From NCBI RefSeq assembly GCF_006345805.1, contig NC_042998.1, positions 191,022,001-191,086,000 of the forward strand: DNA of 64,000 nt, given 5' to 3'. The DNA comes from Octopus sinensis (Eukaryota). Shown one piece after another: positions 13,067-25,330 of this stretch; position 1 is the first letter of the stretch; each line of letters starts with the position of its first letter. The notes under the pieces were generated by a model. The model saw only the letters and a program-made list of their open reading frames with translations. It was not told the DNA's origin and searched no databases. Position numbers and translations under genes: made by a program.

Positions 13067-13235
13067 TAATAATAATAATAACAATAATAAGAAAAAGAAG
13101 AAGAAGAAGAAGAAGAAGAAGAAGAAGAAGAAGAAGAAGAAGAAGAAGAAGAAGAAGAAGAAGAAGAAGAAGAAGAAGAAGAAGAAGAAGAAGAAGAAGA
13201 AGAAGAAGAAGAAGAAGAAGAAGAAGAAGAAGAAG

Positions 13236-13272
<37 letters not shown>

Positions 13273-13297
13273 GCAACGACAACAACAACAACAACAT
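12950..13297. repeat. Compound (AAC)(AAT)(AAG)(AAC) microsatellite
   Basis: Direct reading. Confidence 0.95.
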
Positions 13298-13368
13298 CGA
13301 TATAGTTATAAATTGATATACTGAAACTACCCTATCTTCTCAATGGTAATCATATTTTCTCGTCAAGT

Positions 13369-13502
13369 GATTTATGAGTCAAATGATTTATGAGTCAAAT
13401 AATTATGAGTCAAATAATTATGAGTCAAATAATTATGAGTCAAATAATTATGAGTCAAATAATTATGAGTCAAATAATTATGAGTCAAATAATTATGAGT
13501 GC
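13369..13502. repeat. 15-bp minisatellite AATAATTATGAGTCA, about 9 units, 8 containing TGAGTCA
   Basis: TGAGTCA at 13375, 13391, 13406, 13421, 13436, 13451, 13466, 13481. Confidence 0.95.
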
Positions 13503-14100
13503 ACACTTTTGAAAGCGAGCTAAGCTTTAGGCTTAATGTAGACTCGTAAAGATTTACAGTTTTCTCTGATTTCCGACATTGCCATTCATTACAAATGCCT
13601 CGAAAATTTAATTTGAGATTTCGTACATGGATAAAATTTTCTATTAACATTTACATCAGGAGATTTTGTACATATTTACGTACAAACTAATACTTTCTCA
13701 TAAGTATCAAGACTAAACATTCAATGAATATCTAGTACTATGTCAATATCTCCTCATCAGAAATCCGAACAGGTTATTGAAGTATGATAAATATCAGAGT
13801 TAAAAGTTGAGAACAAAAAACACTGTTTGGAACACGCTAAGTCTGTTTCTAATCAAGCAATTATAGAATGGTTTTATAAACTACAGTAATCACCTTTTAT
13901 GGCTACCTTCTAGCAATCATTGAAGTTTAATTGAAATTTTTATGTGGAATCTTATTTCTATCATTTATCTATTCTGTATATATCTATGTTGTTCGAACAT
14001 GGGTCTCTGGCGAAAGTTAACTTTGTAATTGATGACGCAGTTGAAGAGTTGTAAACTAATAAGGAACGTAAATGAAATGAAACTATTTATTTATGATAAA

Positions 14101-14310
14101 TTAGCACGCCGGACGAAATGCGTAACCGTATTTCGTCTGCCGTTACGTTCTGGGTTCAAATTCCGCCGAGGTCGACTTTGCCTTTCATCCTTTCGGGGTC
14201 GATAAATTAAGTACCAGTTACGCACTGGGGGCGATGTAATCGACTTGGTCCGTTTGTCTGTCCTTGATTGTCCGCTCTGTGTTTAGCCCCTTGTGGGTAG
14301 TATAGAAATA
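14101..14310 (+). mobile_element. Young SINE family B copy, 5' truncated
   Basis: 17-bp TSD TATTT(A/G)TTTATGATAAA at 14084-14100 and 14311-14327. Confidence 0.9.
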
Positions 14311-14378
14311 TATTTGTTTATGATAAAGTAAAGGTTTCTTTATCGTCCTTATCACTGATCAATTTTTCAAGATTTTTG

Positions 14379-15000
14379 AGCAAGACTTCCACCCGTCCCC
14401 ACACCCCAAAAAACTACCCCTTAAAAAAAATGTTTTTTTCGACACATACCCACCTTTTCGGGTACGGGGAATACGAATCTGCAAAACAAAAACTGGCAAA
14501 AATCGGCATTTTAAAATTTACCCACTCCCCACCCCCATTTCCTTTAATTTTTTATTTTCTCAGAATTTTTTTTTTTTTCAAAATATGTGGTAAAATACGG
14601 AGATTATGACTCTGAAAAAAATATCTAAAAAGTTTTTTAAAATTAATTTTAAAGAATTTTTTTGTTTTCTATGTATGCGGAAAAATACGGACATTATGAT
14701 TCGGAAAATATTTCAAAACATTCTGTACTTACAGGGTTAGGGTTAGGGATTTAAGGTTAGGGTTTTAGGGTTAAGGTTAGGGTTTTAGGGTTAAGGTTAG
14801 GGTTTTAGGGTTAAGGTTAGGGTAAGGGTTAGTGTTGGGGAAAAAGTCAAAATTGAAGAATTTGGTGGGGAAGTGGGGAAAAAATTTTACAATGCCGATT
14901 TATCCGAAAACGGGCATTTTTGGCAAAAAAAAAAAAATAATAAATGAAAAATAAACAAATTTGGGAGAAAATGGCTCGGGGGATGGGTGGAAGTCTTTCC
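14379..15000. mobile_element. TIR/foldback element with nested inverted repeats and an internal telomere-like array
   Basis: AAGACTTCCACCC(G/A)TCCCC at 14382-14400 and inverted at 14979-14997; inner IR AAATCGGCATT...CCCCACC; imperfect 8-bp TSD GATTTTTG/GATTTTCG; TTAGGG variants at ~14733-14832. Confidence 0.7.
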
Positions 15001-15401
15001 GATTTTCGAATAGTAAACATTTTCAACTTTGTTAAATACTATTTTGTTAACATAGTTTACGTATACTAAGTAAACAATGTGAACAAGAAAATGAATAGTG
15101 ATCGTTTAGTATTTACCCTTACGCTTTAGTATGCCTGCTACAATAACGTAGGATCCAAGGAGGGAACGACCGTGAGTTCACTCGACCTGCTGCTAGAAAT
15201 AGCAGCCAAATCTGCCAGACTTCACACCTTTCTTCTCATTATAAAAATGAAGTACAACAGCGTCACACTAGATGCACACTACGAGAATAAAAGTTGAAAC
15301 AGTCACGGCTAGAACACCTTTGATTATGAGTCTCAACAAAAACACCAGAGAAATGTGAAGTAAATGTTTAACGTCCATATTATTGTTATTATTATTATTA
15401 A

Positions 15402-15476
<75 letters not shown>

Positions 15477-15482
15477 AGTCAC

Positions 15483-15560
15483 TGCCTGGAATCGAACTCG
15501 GAATCTTGGGGTTAAGAGAGCTGGCTACTAATCCCAAGATTCCGAATTCGATTCCAGGCA
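15483..15560 (-). mobile_element. tRNA-derived palindrome (32-bp arms, 14-nt loop) next to a (TTA)n run
   Basis: Reverse complement of the structure at 18937-19040. Confidence 0.85.
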
Positions 15561-16336
15561 TAATGAAACTCGAAATTGAAATCATAGTAAACAAAATGTA
15601 ATATTCTACGACAAGAACATGAAGTGATTCATTAAGTTTTCACAAAATCTCCGAGCAATTCAAACAATTCATTAAAAAACACCAAAGAATATTGTATTGA
15701 CTGTATACCACAGATGGTTACTGTTATCAGTTTAATATTAGCTATTAAGTATTTGACTATTACTTACTGTCAATTAATCAAAGTTGAGTCCCGCTATAAT
15801 TCGACAATCAAGCAGCGATTTTCGTTTTATTATTGATGTATTCGGAAATTCTAGCAAAGCAAACATTAACTAACGCTGGGAACGTTGAACGAGTTGTCAG
15901 TAATAAACCACTGGCGTCTCAGTACTCGTTAATATTTACTTCAGCAATTGGGTAAGTACTCTGCTAACCCTGTACCCAATCCGGATTTGATTTCCTGTTC
16001 ATGTCATTAATGTACTTGAGAAAGGCATTAAGGGGAAGCGATTTTATTCCTCGTATAAAAATATATGGTCCAAGCAATAAATCAATACTAAATCTTAGAT
16101 TCTGTATGGACAGTTTCAATTATCAAGCTTTATGTAAACATTTTCAGACAGCAATCTATTAAAATGCTTTAAAATAGTTTCCAGTGCATACGCCATAACT
16201 ATGTTCATCGATAGATCACAGATCAACAACTAGGGTCGATCTTACCTTTAATCCGACAGGGTCGATACTATAAATGTATATGTATATATATTCGTGTGTG
16301 TATGTGTGTGTGCGTGCGTGCGTGTGTGTATGTATG

Positions 16337-16367
<31 letters not shown>

Positions 16368-16376
16368 TATATATAT

Positions 16377-16445
<69 letters not shown>

Positions 16446-17111
16446 AAAGTTAATGTTTCCCTTTAAGTTTGATTGAGCAGACGTAGGACAAAGGAATTTC
16501 AGTCATGACTATTTGGTCTACTTGCATTAATCAGGAACTATATTGTCCATCCTGTTAAAAGAGAAAGCGTGCAGTTTGATGAAAATGTAGCTGCTATTTC
16601 TATGACATCAAATGACCTGATATACGAGTCAATACACTACTGTTGATATAAGCTACCTATGCTTTTATAACCGTATACAAAATTGGCAATATACCTAAGA
16701 AATCAATACGGCAAGATGGCGTTATCGTCTGCTAGTGTTTGGATGAAAACAAACGTTTTAAATACAAAATATAGGAATAAAAATATAAAATTAATTTCAA
16801 TGAATTAATACCAAGTTGAAATAATATTGCTTGAAAATCGTTGAGAAAATACATTTTGTTGGTGGAGACTAATTATAGTTATTATAATGTTTTCGCTAGT
16901 GTAGCCCGACATAATGATCGCTTGCTGGCTACTTATTCAGCATCATTTGTGACCATCTTATCAATTTTAGGATTGTTTGATTTAAACTTCTCCCACCCTT
17001 TCACGTCGTTCTAAACCCCAACCACAACCACCACCACCACTACCACCGATTGCTTCATTCTCCAGTTCTTTTATATCTTTTCTTTCCCTCGTTTGCTTCG
17101 TCTCTCTATCA

Positions 17112-17385
17112 GAGCGATGATCAAAGCAATTTAGCAGTACAGTCTGACAGTGATGGCTGACAGAAAGGATGAAAGCTAACAGTGTCTATAATTAACTGCT
17201 TTAAGCCGGTTAATAGGGACAAATCAAAATATCAGCCATAATGGACAGTTGGCCAACTTGTTGTCAGTAATAAAGATATGTTCTAGAAGTGATGGTATAA
17301 AAGATTGAAAAGGGATAGAGAGAAACGGAGGAATAAAAACGGGAGCTGAGGAGGTGAAGAAGAGTGTTGGTGGGTAATGATTTTG
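17112..17385 (+). repeat. Left arm of a long inverted repeat
   Basis: Outer ~158 nt differ at 7 positions from the reverse complement of 20875-21033; weaker homology continues inward. Confidence 0.9.
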
Positions 17386-17876
17386 TTAAAAGTAATCGTG
17401 TTCAATAATGATTTATCTATAACTCAGGAAACCGCAGTGTATCTGTTTGAAGGATGTTGTGATGTTCATAACAATATCAGAGTAAATAGAAACAAGCATT
17501 TTTTTTTTGGACATTTTGCATAATGGCATTTGCATATATGTATACATACATACACACATGCATACATACATGCACGTACACATACATATGTTAATATGTG
17601 TGTGTGTGTGCATGTGTGTGTTTGTGTAAGTGTGTATGTGAGTGTACGTGCATATAATTGCTTTTATATCGAATTACCGTAAAACTATTTTACTTTAGAG
17701 TGAAGGGTTACTCAATACTTTCTTAAAGTACATATTTATTATACTGTTAGAAGAAAAGCAGTGAAACTGACTTTGGAGTTTCAGTTTTCTTGCCTGACAG
17801 TCTGATCATGGCTAGCAGGCTGAAACTTCGAAGTCACTGTCGTCATCATTCTTGTAAATTAAATCTATATCATTAT

Positions 17877-17879
<3 letters not shown>

Positions 17880-17910
<31 letters not shown>

Positions 17911-18420
17911 GTTTGTATGTATGTATGTATATATACATATACATATGCATATATATATACTCACAGACACACACACACACATACATACATGCGTACATAC
18001 ACACATGCATACATACATTCATACATACATACATACATTCATACATACATACATACATACATACATGCATACATACATACATGCATACATACATACATAC
18101 ATACATACATTCATACATACATACATTCATACATTCATACATACATACATACATACATACATTCATACATACATACATACATGCATACATACATACATTC
18201 ATACATTCATACATTCATACATACATACATTCATACATACATACATACATGCATACATACATACATACATGCATACATACATACATGCATACATACATAC
18301 ATTCATACATACATACATACATACATAGATACATACATACATACATATATACATACATACATGCATACATACATACATACATATATACAGACAGACAGAC
18401 AGACAGGACAAACAGACAGA
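17880..18420. repeat. (ATAC)/(ATTC)/(GACA) microsatellite
   Basis: Direct reading. Confidence 0.95.
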
Positions 18421-18430
18421 GTATAGGGGG

Positions 18431-18744
18431 AACCTAGTTTCAATGTGGCTAGATTACAAGAAAGCCTTTGACTCTGTTCCTCACTCATGGCTGCTAGAAG
18501 CTCTTCAATTTGCTAAAGTTCTACTGAGAATAGTCAAAGCCATAGCTGACCTGGCCTCATCGTGGGCCACTATCTTGAAATAAAACACAAAGGGTAACCG
18601 TATTATGCCTTTGCGATACAATATCGCAAAGATATATTCCAAGGAGACAGCCTCTCTGTGATGTTGTTTATGCTTTCTGTAAACCCCTTGTCATTCATGA
18701 TAAGGAAGTCTGAAGGGTATCTCACAGGTTCACATGGAAAAAGA
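18431..18744 (+). pseudogene. Decayed reverse-transcriptase fragment of a non-LTR retrotransposon (R4/Dong-like)
   Basis: WLDYKKAFDSVPHSWLLEAL, then an in-frame stop and a frameshift, then IFQGDSLSVMLFMLSVNPLS (non-LTR RT motifs). Confidence 0.85.
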
Positions 18745-18903
18745 AATATATATTTTATTGTTTTATATATTTTTATATATTTATTTCTGTACATTACCTT
18801 TCACTCTGCATATTTGTGCATGTGTATATAGGGACGTGTATGACGTGTATATGAACATAATTGTGCGTTTATGGGTATATACACGTGTGTGTGTGTGTGT
18901 GTG

Positions 18904-18936
<33 letters not shown>

Positions 18937-18941
<5 letters not shown>

Positions 18942-19047
18942 CAGGTCAGTGCCTGGAATCGAACTCGGAATCTTGGGGTTAGTAGCCCACGCTCTTAACC
19001 CCAAGATTCCGAGTTCGATTCCAGGCAGTGACCTGAATAATGATAAC

Positions 19048-19132
<85 letters not shown>

Positions 19133-19325
19133 CAACAACAACATCGAAAAATTCCTTATGGATTGAGAACCCAGGTTCGAAATTTCTCCAAGACGCCTGA
19201 TGAAGGCTGGAGAGTATATCAGCCGAAACGTTGTGTTAACAACAAACAAGATGAGGAAAAATATCCGTCAAATATAAATAATGTAAATAATGTACACGAT
19301 TCCTCATCTCTTCAATATAGAAATG
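18937..19325 (+). mobile_element. Composite: tRNA-derived palindrome + (AAT)n + Penelope-like terminal repeat with hammerhead motif
   Basis: 45-bp arms 18937-18981 and 18996-19040 (1 mismatch); hammerhead at 19192-19237. Confidence 0.75.
19192..19237 (+). ncRNA. Minimal type I hammerhead ribozyme motif
   Basis: Stem I GACGC/GTGTT, CTGATGA(A), stem II GGCTG/CAGCC, GAAA, palindromic ACGT stem III, putative GUU site. Confidence 0.65.
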
Positions 19326-20166
19326 TATTATCTTACTATTTCTTTTGTTTCTTCATAGATTGTATGGTTTTATTATTTATTTAATTAGTAATATTAATAT
19401 ATTTGTCTGTATGTGTTTACTTCATGCGTATTTCAGTATTATGTATATCTGTCATGTATTTGTGTACATCATTGATATATAAGTGTAACTGTAACTTTTA
19501 AGTTGAGTAACGTTTTCATGCTTGGATTTGTGAAGTACGATAAGCACAACATTAGTCAACAAAGAATTTGTCTGAAGAAAAAGAATACCTGTACCTTATA
19601 TATTTTTGTGACATGTTCTTAATTAACAACGCACTTTTTATTATTACGTCACAGTAACAATATGTTGACAGGCAGTAAATCATATGAGGTCAAAACAAAG
19701 AATACCATTGGTTAAAATTCGAATTATTAAACTACGTTAAACTTAGAAATTACAATTCCGTTTTCAATTTGGTTTAAAATTATGTTTTCTTTTGACACAC
19801 TCTACCAGTATACGAAGTTTCAAATTATTTAGTTAACTAGAAAAATCTGTCCTTCTTTTAGAAAAGATCCGCACTAATTAATCTTGGGAGAAATCGCCTT
19901 AATTTGCAATGAAAATACTTTTAAAAAAATGAAGCTAATAAGAAATGTTTCAAGAACCCAAATGTTGAATTTGCGAATAAGAAAGACTAGATCCCCTCAC
20001 GGGCCTCGGAGCACACTTCTGCTGTGGATTGTTGTCAATAAATAAAGTAGGGTTCATTGATTTGCCTTGGGACTTTTGATGCTGGAAAGAGGGCGCTGAT
20101 GATGGAGTAATTTCTCTTAGCTCGCTCTCGTTTCGCATACACATAAAGACAACGTGTGTGTGTGTA

Positions 20167-20566
20167 TACTCTTTTACTCTTTCACTTGTTTCAGTCATTT
20201 GACTGCGGCCATGCTGGAGCACCGCCTTTAGTCGAGCAACTCGACCCCGGGACTTTGTAAGCCTAGTACTTATTCTATCGGTCTCTTTTGCCGAACCGCT
20301 AAGTGACGGAGACGTAAACACACCAGCATCGGTTGTCAAGCAATGCTAGGGGGACAAACACAAACATACAAACGCACACACATATATATATATACATATA
20401 TACGACGGGCTTCTTTCAGTTTCCGTCTACCAAATCCACTCACAAGGCTTTGGTCGGCCCGAGGCTATAGTAGAAGACACTTGCCCAAGGTGCCACGCAG
20501 TGGGACTGAACCCGGAACCATGTGGTTAGTAAGCAAGTTACTTACCACACTGCCACTCCTGCGCCT
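20167..20566 (-). mobile_element. SINE family A, full length
   Basis: Head AGGCGCAGGAGTGGCAGTGTGGTAAG, GGTTCAGTCCC B-box-like motif, CORE-like CCTTGGGCAAGTG, AAGAGT tail. Confidence 0.92.
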
Positions 20567-20789
20567 ATGTATGTGTGTGTATATGCGCCTATGTATGTGT
20601 GTGTATATGCGCCTATGTATGTGTGTGTATATGCACCTATGTATGTGTGTGTATATGCGTGTGTGCGCGTGTGTGTGCGTGTATACGTGTGCGTGTGTTT
20701 CTGTGTTTCTGCGTATGTGTGTTTGTGACTGTGAATGCGTGTTCACATGCGTGATAGGTAAATCATTATAGCGCTTATAAAAAGTCATT

Positions 20790-21033
20790 AACCACCAACA
20801 TCATTCCCCTGTTACGATCCTGCCTTCTATTCCTCCACCTCATTGCCTTTTCTGTCATTCATTCCGTCACTTCTATATTGACAACGAGTTGGCCAACTGT
20901 CCATAATGGCTGATATTTTGATATGTCCCTATTAACCGGCTTAAAGCAGTTAATTATAGACACTGTTAGCTATCATTCTTTCTGTCAGCCATCACTGTCA
21001 GACTCTACTGCTAAATTGCTTTGATCATCGCTC
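20790..21033 (-). repeat. Right arm of the long inverted repeat
   Basis: See 17112-17385. Confidence 0.9.
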
Positions 21034-21039
21034 GAATAC

Positions 21040-21125
<86 letters not shown>

Positions 21126-21238
21126 AATGCACCCTTTATTCCTTCGGAATTGAGAATATGTAGTCTTCGAAACATATGTCGAGAATAAAGGAATTTTGTT
21201 AAAATCGTCGTTCGACTCCATTCTCTCATTTACTTATA

Positions 21239-21293
<55 letters not shown>

Positions 21294-21298
21294 TATGT

Positions 21299-21379
<81 letters not shown>

Positions 21380-21878
21380 ATATATATTATTATATATATA
21401 CATACATACATATATATATATGTATGCACACTATGTCCAGATGTTGCCAGATGTTACGACTCAGGCCTGTTGATAGAAGACGAGATTCATAAGTTCATGC
21501 TTATGGTAAGAATACTATAAACTCAAGTATCCCTGCACCGTTTGCAGCATCGGATGCGGATTACTGGAATCATCTGATCATAATCTATCGATCTGTTGTC
21601 TGTCTGTCTGTCTGTCTGTCTGTATGTATGTATGTCCGTCTGTCAGAATGTCTGACACTTTATGAATCTATCTATAAGTACACATGCACCCATATATATC
21701 ATACCTACGTACATGTTTTTTTTTTTATTTTGATGTACGTACGTATGTATATTTACGTACGTATGCATAAATGAATGTATGTATACGTACGCGCGCACGC
21801 AAACACACGCACAACACACACACACACGTTTGTATGCAAAAGCATTGTGTAAGTTATTTGTGTGTTTATGTGTTCCCC

Positions 21879-21922
<44 letters not shown>

Positions 21923-22013
21923 GAACACATACACACACACACACACGCACACATATATATATACAAACATACACACACACCACATATATATATATATATA
22001 TTATACATATGTA

Positions 22014-22056
<43 letters not shown>

Positions 22057-23470
22057 CATATATATATATACATATATATATACGCATATAATATATACAT
22101 ATATATATATACATATATTCCTTTAAATCTGTTAATTAACTTTGAAGAATCACTCCCTACATTCTTTAAACTATCTCACTTCTCTTTTGGTAGCCGCTAA
22201 CAACTGCCATCTTGCATTTGTGCTCTTGTTGCAACTTAGTGTCCATCAAGTTTTGATTTCAAAATTCATCGGAATGCTTTAGACGTTCTTCTATCATCTA
22301 CTATATTCAGTTGTCATATTCTAAATTCAGTTGAAACAATTATACCGTTAGCCTCTGCACAATTTCAGTTGTATTCCAATGTGGATAATAGTTATTTATG
22401 CAGAAGATTTGGTGCAAGTTGCCACAAACTTCGAAGCACAGAACTAAATTTGTCTTACAAAATTTTAATCCACTTTCCCATATAACGCTACCGCCTTCAA
22501 CGAGCGTGTCTTTAGTGCACAATATAGTTATTTTCTACCGCTAGTCTAAACATCTCCATAAAGGTCATAGGTACTGGTCTTCTTCCTCTGAATGAGCTAC
22601 AAAAACTCTACCAAAACAACATAAACTCTTGTTCTTAAACAAAATTTTAAAATGAAATATAAACTATATACTTAAATATAATAGAATTGAAAATTAACAA
22701 TCCATTGAATTTCAATGGCGTTCGCCAAAAGCGAAAAAATATTTTTATCTTTTACCGTAGATAATGAAGCCCAAAGATAACGCAATCATTAATTTATGTG
22801 AACTGTACACCTGAGATCGTTTTTATTTTTCTTTCTGTATTCAGCCCACGACACTTAGAAATTAATAAGCTCACTCCTTCAACAATTTTATAATGTAACA
22901 TTAACCGTTACCAATTTTACACTTGTGACAACAATGGTTCTACTTTAATGCTGTGAAAGTGAACTAATATGTACGTACGAATGCATATATATATACGTAT
23001 ATGTGTGTGTTTTTACGTGTGTAGGCGTGTGCGTGCGTGGTTGTGTGTCTCTCTCATACACACATGCATATACATACAAACATACATACGTACATACATA
23101 ATAAAATTAAATGTCCTTGTCAAGTCTTGCCTAATTGTTTGTCTTTCGTCACTACTTTAACGCATTCCTACTGACTCAAGGGGAAGCCACTCCTAGCCGT
23201 TTTGAACAAGGCAATCACTTAATCACAACTTCAACTTTGACTGCTGTTCAAACTGAATAGGCACACCTATTTAAGCACTCGGAAGGCATACCTATAAGTT
23301 TTAGTCAACCTGACGAAGACTCCTTCTATCCTTTACACGCACACACACACACGCACACACGCACACACACACAACACACACACACACGCGATAGAATACG
23401 TACGTTATAAGTGTGTCTGTTATTCAGGTATCGAATCTATACACGAAAAGCACTACATTTGCACGCTTAC

Positions 23471-23589
23471 CTACAAAGAACACATTCAGAAAGACCACTG
23501 CTTCTTTACTTGACTCAAGCAAATAACGAGTAGATTTGATATTGCACAAGGAACGATGCGCAAGCAACATATTATGTGTAATATAACGA
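23471..23589 (-). CDS. Candidate internal exon, 119 nt, phase 2 to 1, RYITHNMLLAHRSLCNIKSTRYLLESSKEAVVFLNVFFV (may be non-coding)
   Basis: Long polypyrimidine tract ending CCTGCAG acceptor; TAG|GTAAGC donor; one open frame. Confidence 0.3.
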
Positions 23590-24289
23590 CTGCAGGTATA
23601 GGAACGCAGGGTGAGGTGTAGTGAGTGATAAAAGAATAGAACAAGGGCGACTTTTAAATCACTACAAAACAACGAAATTAGAGCATATATATATATATAT
23701 ATAACACAACCCCACCATTTATGGCTTATATATATATATTCAACAAAACTATATCGACTAGATAATAATTCAAAGAAAGCCATAATGTGCTTATGAATCT
23801 ACTTGAAGGCGTATCCTAGAGGGTGTATCCTATCTTATTTAATTTAATGTGTGGCTGTGTGAAGTAGTTGCAAAGGAGGAACAATTCTGGATATTTGATT
23901 TAGATATCGGCTATGTTGCTTCTCACAAATTATTTGTTAAACATAATTTTAATGGACGTATTAAAAAAAAAAAAATCTCAGACGTCTTTTCTGTAATGTT
24001 TTGTATTTTTTTCAACAGTTTTATAGCCGACTTTCTATAATAGTGTTTTGATTGATCTTTATGAGAAAGAAACAACAGAGATGATGTTCTCTTGTCTGGT
24101 TCAAATTAGTGCTGAAAGGATAGCGGCATCGGAAGAAGCTCTTCACCTGGCAGTAATTCTCTGCTGCTAAGCAGAACAATAGAATTTTTGTTCAAATAAA
24201 TTTTACGCTTATCTTCCTATTACAGTTCTTTCTCCTTCTTTGTTTCCGCACCGTCATCGCAGAGGAGACGGAGGAAGAAGATACAATAA

Positions 24290-24510
24290 TTGTTTCAAAT
24301 TCTGGCACAATGCCAGCAATTTTAGGATGAGAGCAAGTCGATGAAATCTAACCCGGTACTTGACTGCCTCATTGCCTTATTAATTTGGAAAATTTAAAAA
24401 GCACAGTTGACCTCGGTGATATAAGGGCTCAGGACGTAAAGAGCCCGAAGAAAGGCCACTAACAATTTTTATCCAACACGCTAACAATTCTACCAGCTCA
24501 CTGCATTTTA
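24290..24510 (-). mobile_element. Old family-B-type SINE remnant
   Basis: GGCACAATGCCAGCAATTTT tail, GTTGACCTCGG core. Confidence 0.55.
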
Positions 24511-24611
24511 AATGATTTTAATAATGATAATCATCGTTGCTGTTGTGGTCGTCTTCTTCACCGTGATTATAAACATTGCATTTTTTCTCTTGTAGTATTC
24601 AAAGAAATAAT

Positions 24612-25330
24612 AGGCAGTGAGCTGGCAGAATGGTCAGTACGTCGAGCAAAATGTTTAGCGGTATTTCATCGGCGGCGAGCTGTCAGTATCGTTAGCACGC
24701 CGGGCGAAATGCGTAGCCGTATTTCGTCTATCGTTACGTTCTGAGTTCAAATTCCGCCGAGGTCGACTTTGCCTTTCATCCTTTCGGGGTCGATAAATTA
24801 AGTACCAGTTACGAACTGGTGTCGATGTAATCGACTTAATCCGTATGTCTGTCCTTGTTTGTCCCCTCTGTGTTCAGCCTCTTGTGGATAGTAAAGAAAT
24901 AGGTATATAAAGCACCCGCTAAAAAAAATAAAGGTGGCGAACTGGCAGAAACGCTAGCACGCCGGACGAAATGCTTAGCGGTATTTCGTCTGCCGCTACG
25001 TTCTGAGTTCAAATTCCGCCGAGGTCGACTTTGCCTTTCATTCTTTCGGGGTCGATTAAATAAGTACAAGTTACGCACTGGGGTCGATATAATCGACTTA
25101 ATCCGTTTATCTGTCCTTGTTTGTCCCCTCTGTGTTTAGCTCCTTGTGGGTAGTAAAGAAATATGTATTTCGTCCGTCTTCACGATCTGAGTACAAATTC
25201 CACCGCGGTCAACTTTCCTGTTCGTCCTTTCACGGTCGATAAAAAAAGTTGCCTGTTGAGCACTGGGGTTGATATAAATGATTTACTTAGCACCTCGAAG
25301 TTGCTGGCTTTGTGCCAAAATTTGGAGTCA
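24612..25330 (+). mobile_element. Nested SINE cluster: two young B copies (24671-24900, 24932-25162) inside an older B-type SINE
   Basis: Old head ends GTATTTCATC (24661-24670) and resumes GTATTTCGTC (25165-25174). Confidence 0.85.

Noticed and set aside
13369-13502. Regular short repeats as a possible CRISPR array
   Set aside because: Head-to-tail units with no unique spacers, eukaryotic context and no cas genes
14733-14832. True telomere or chromosome-fusion site
   Set aside because: Short, degenerate, and enclosed by the inverted repeats of a mobile element
18982-19030. tRNA gene
   Set aside because: Only anticodon/T-arm-like sequence; no acceptor stem or D arm. SINE heads elsewhere are likewise not tRNA genes
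23305-23330. CTGACGAAG as a hammerhead core
   Set aside because: No stem II or GAAA follows; similar partial hits at 3653 and 29897 were also rejected
24225-24262. DDGAETKKEKE resembling VDGAETSAEEQ in the 4.7-kb exon
   Set aside because: About 15 nt of similarity, no acceptor or in-frame ATG; likely chance
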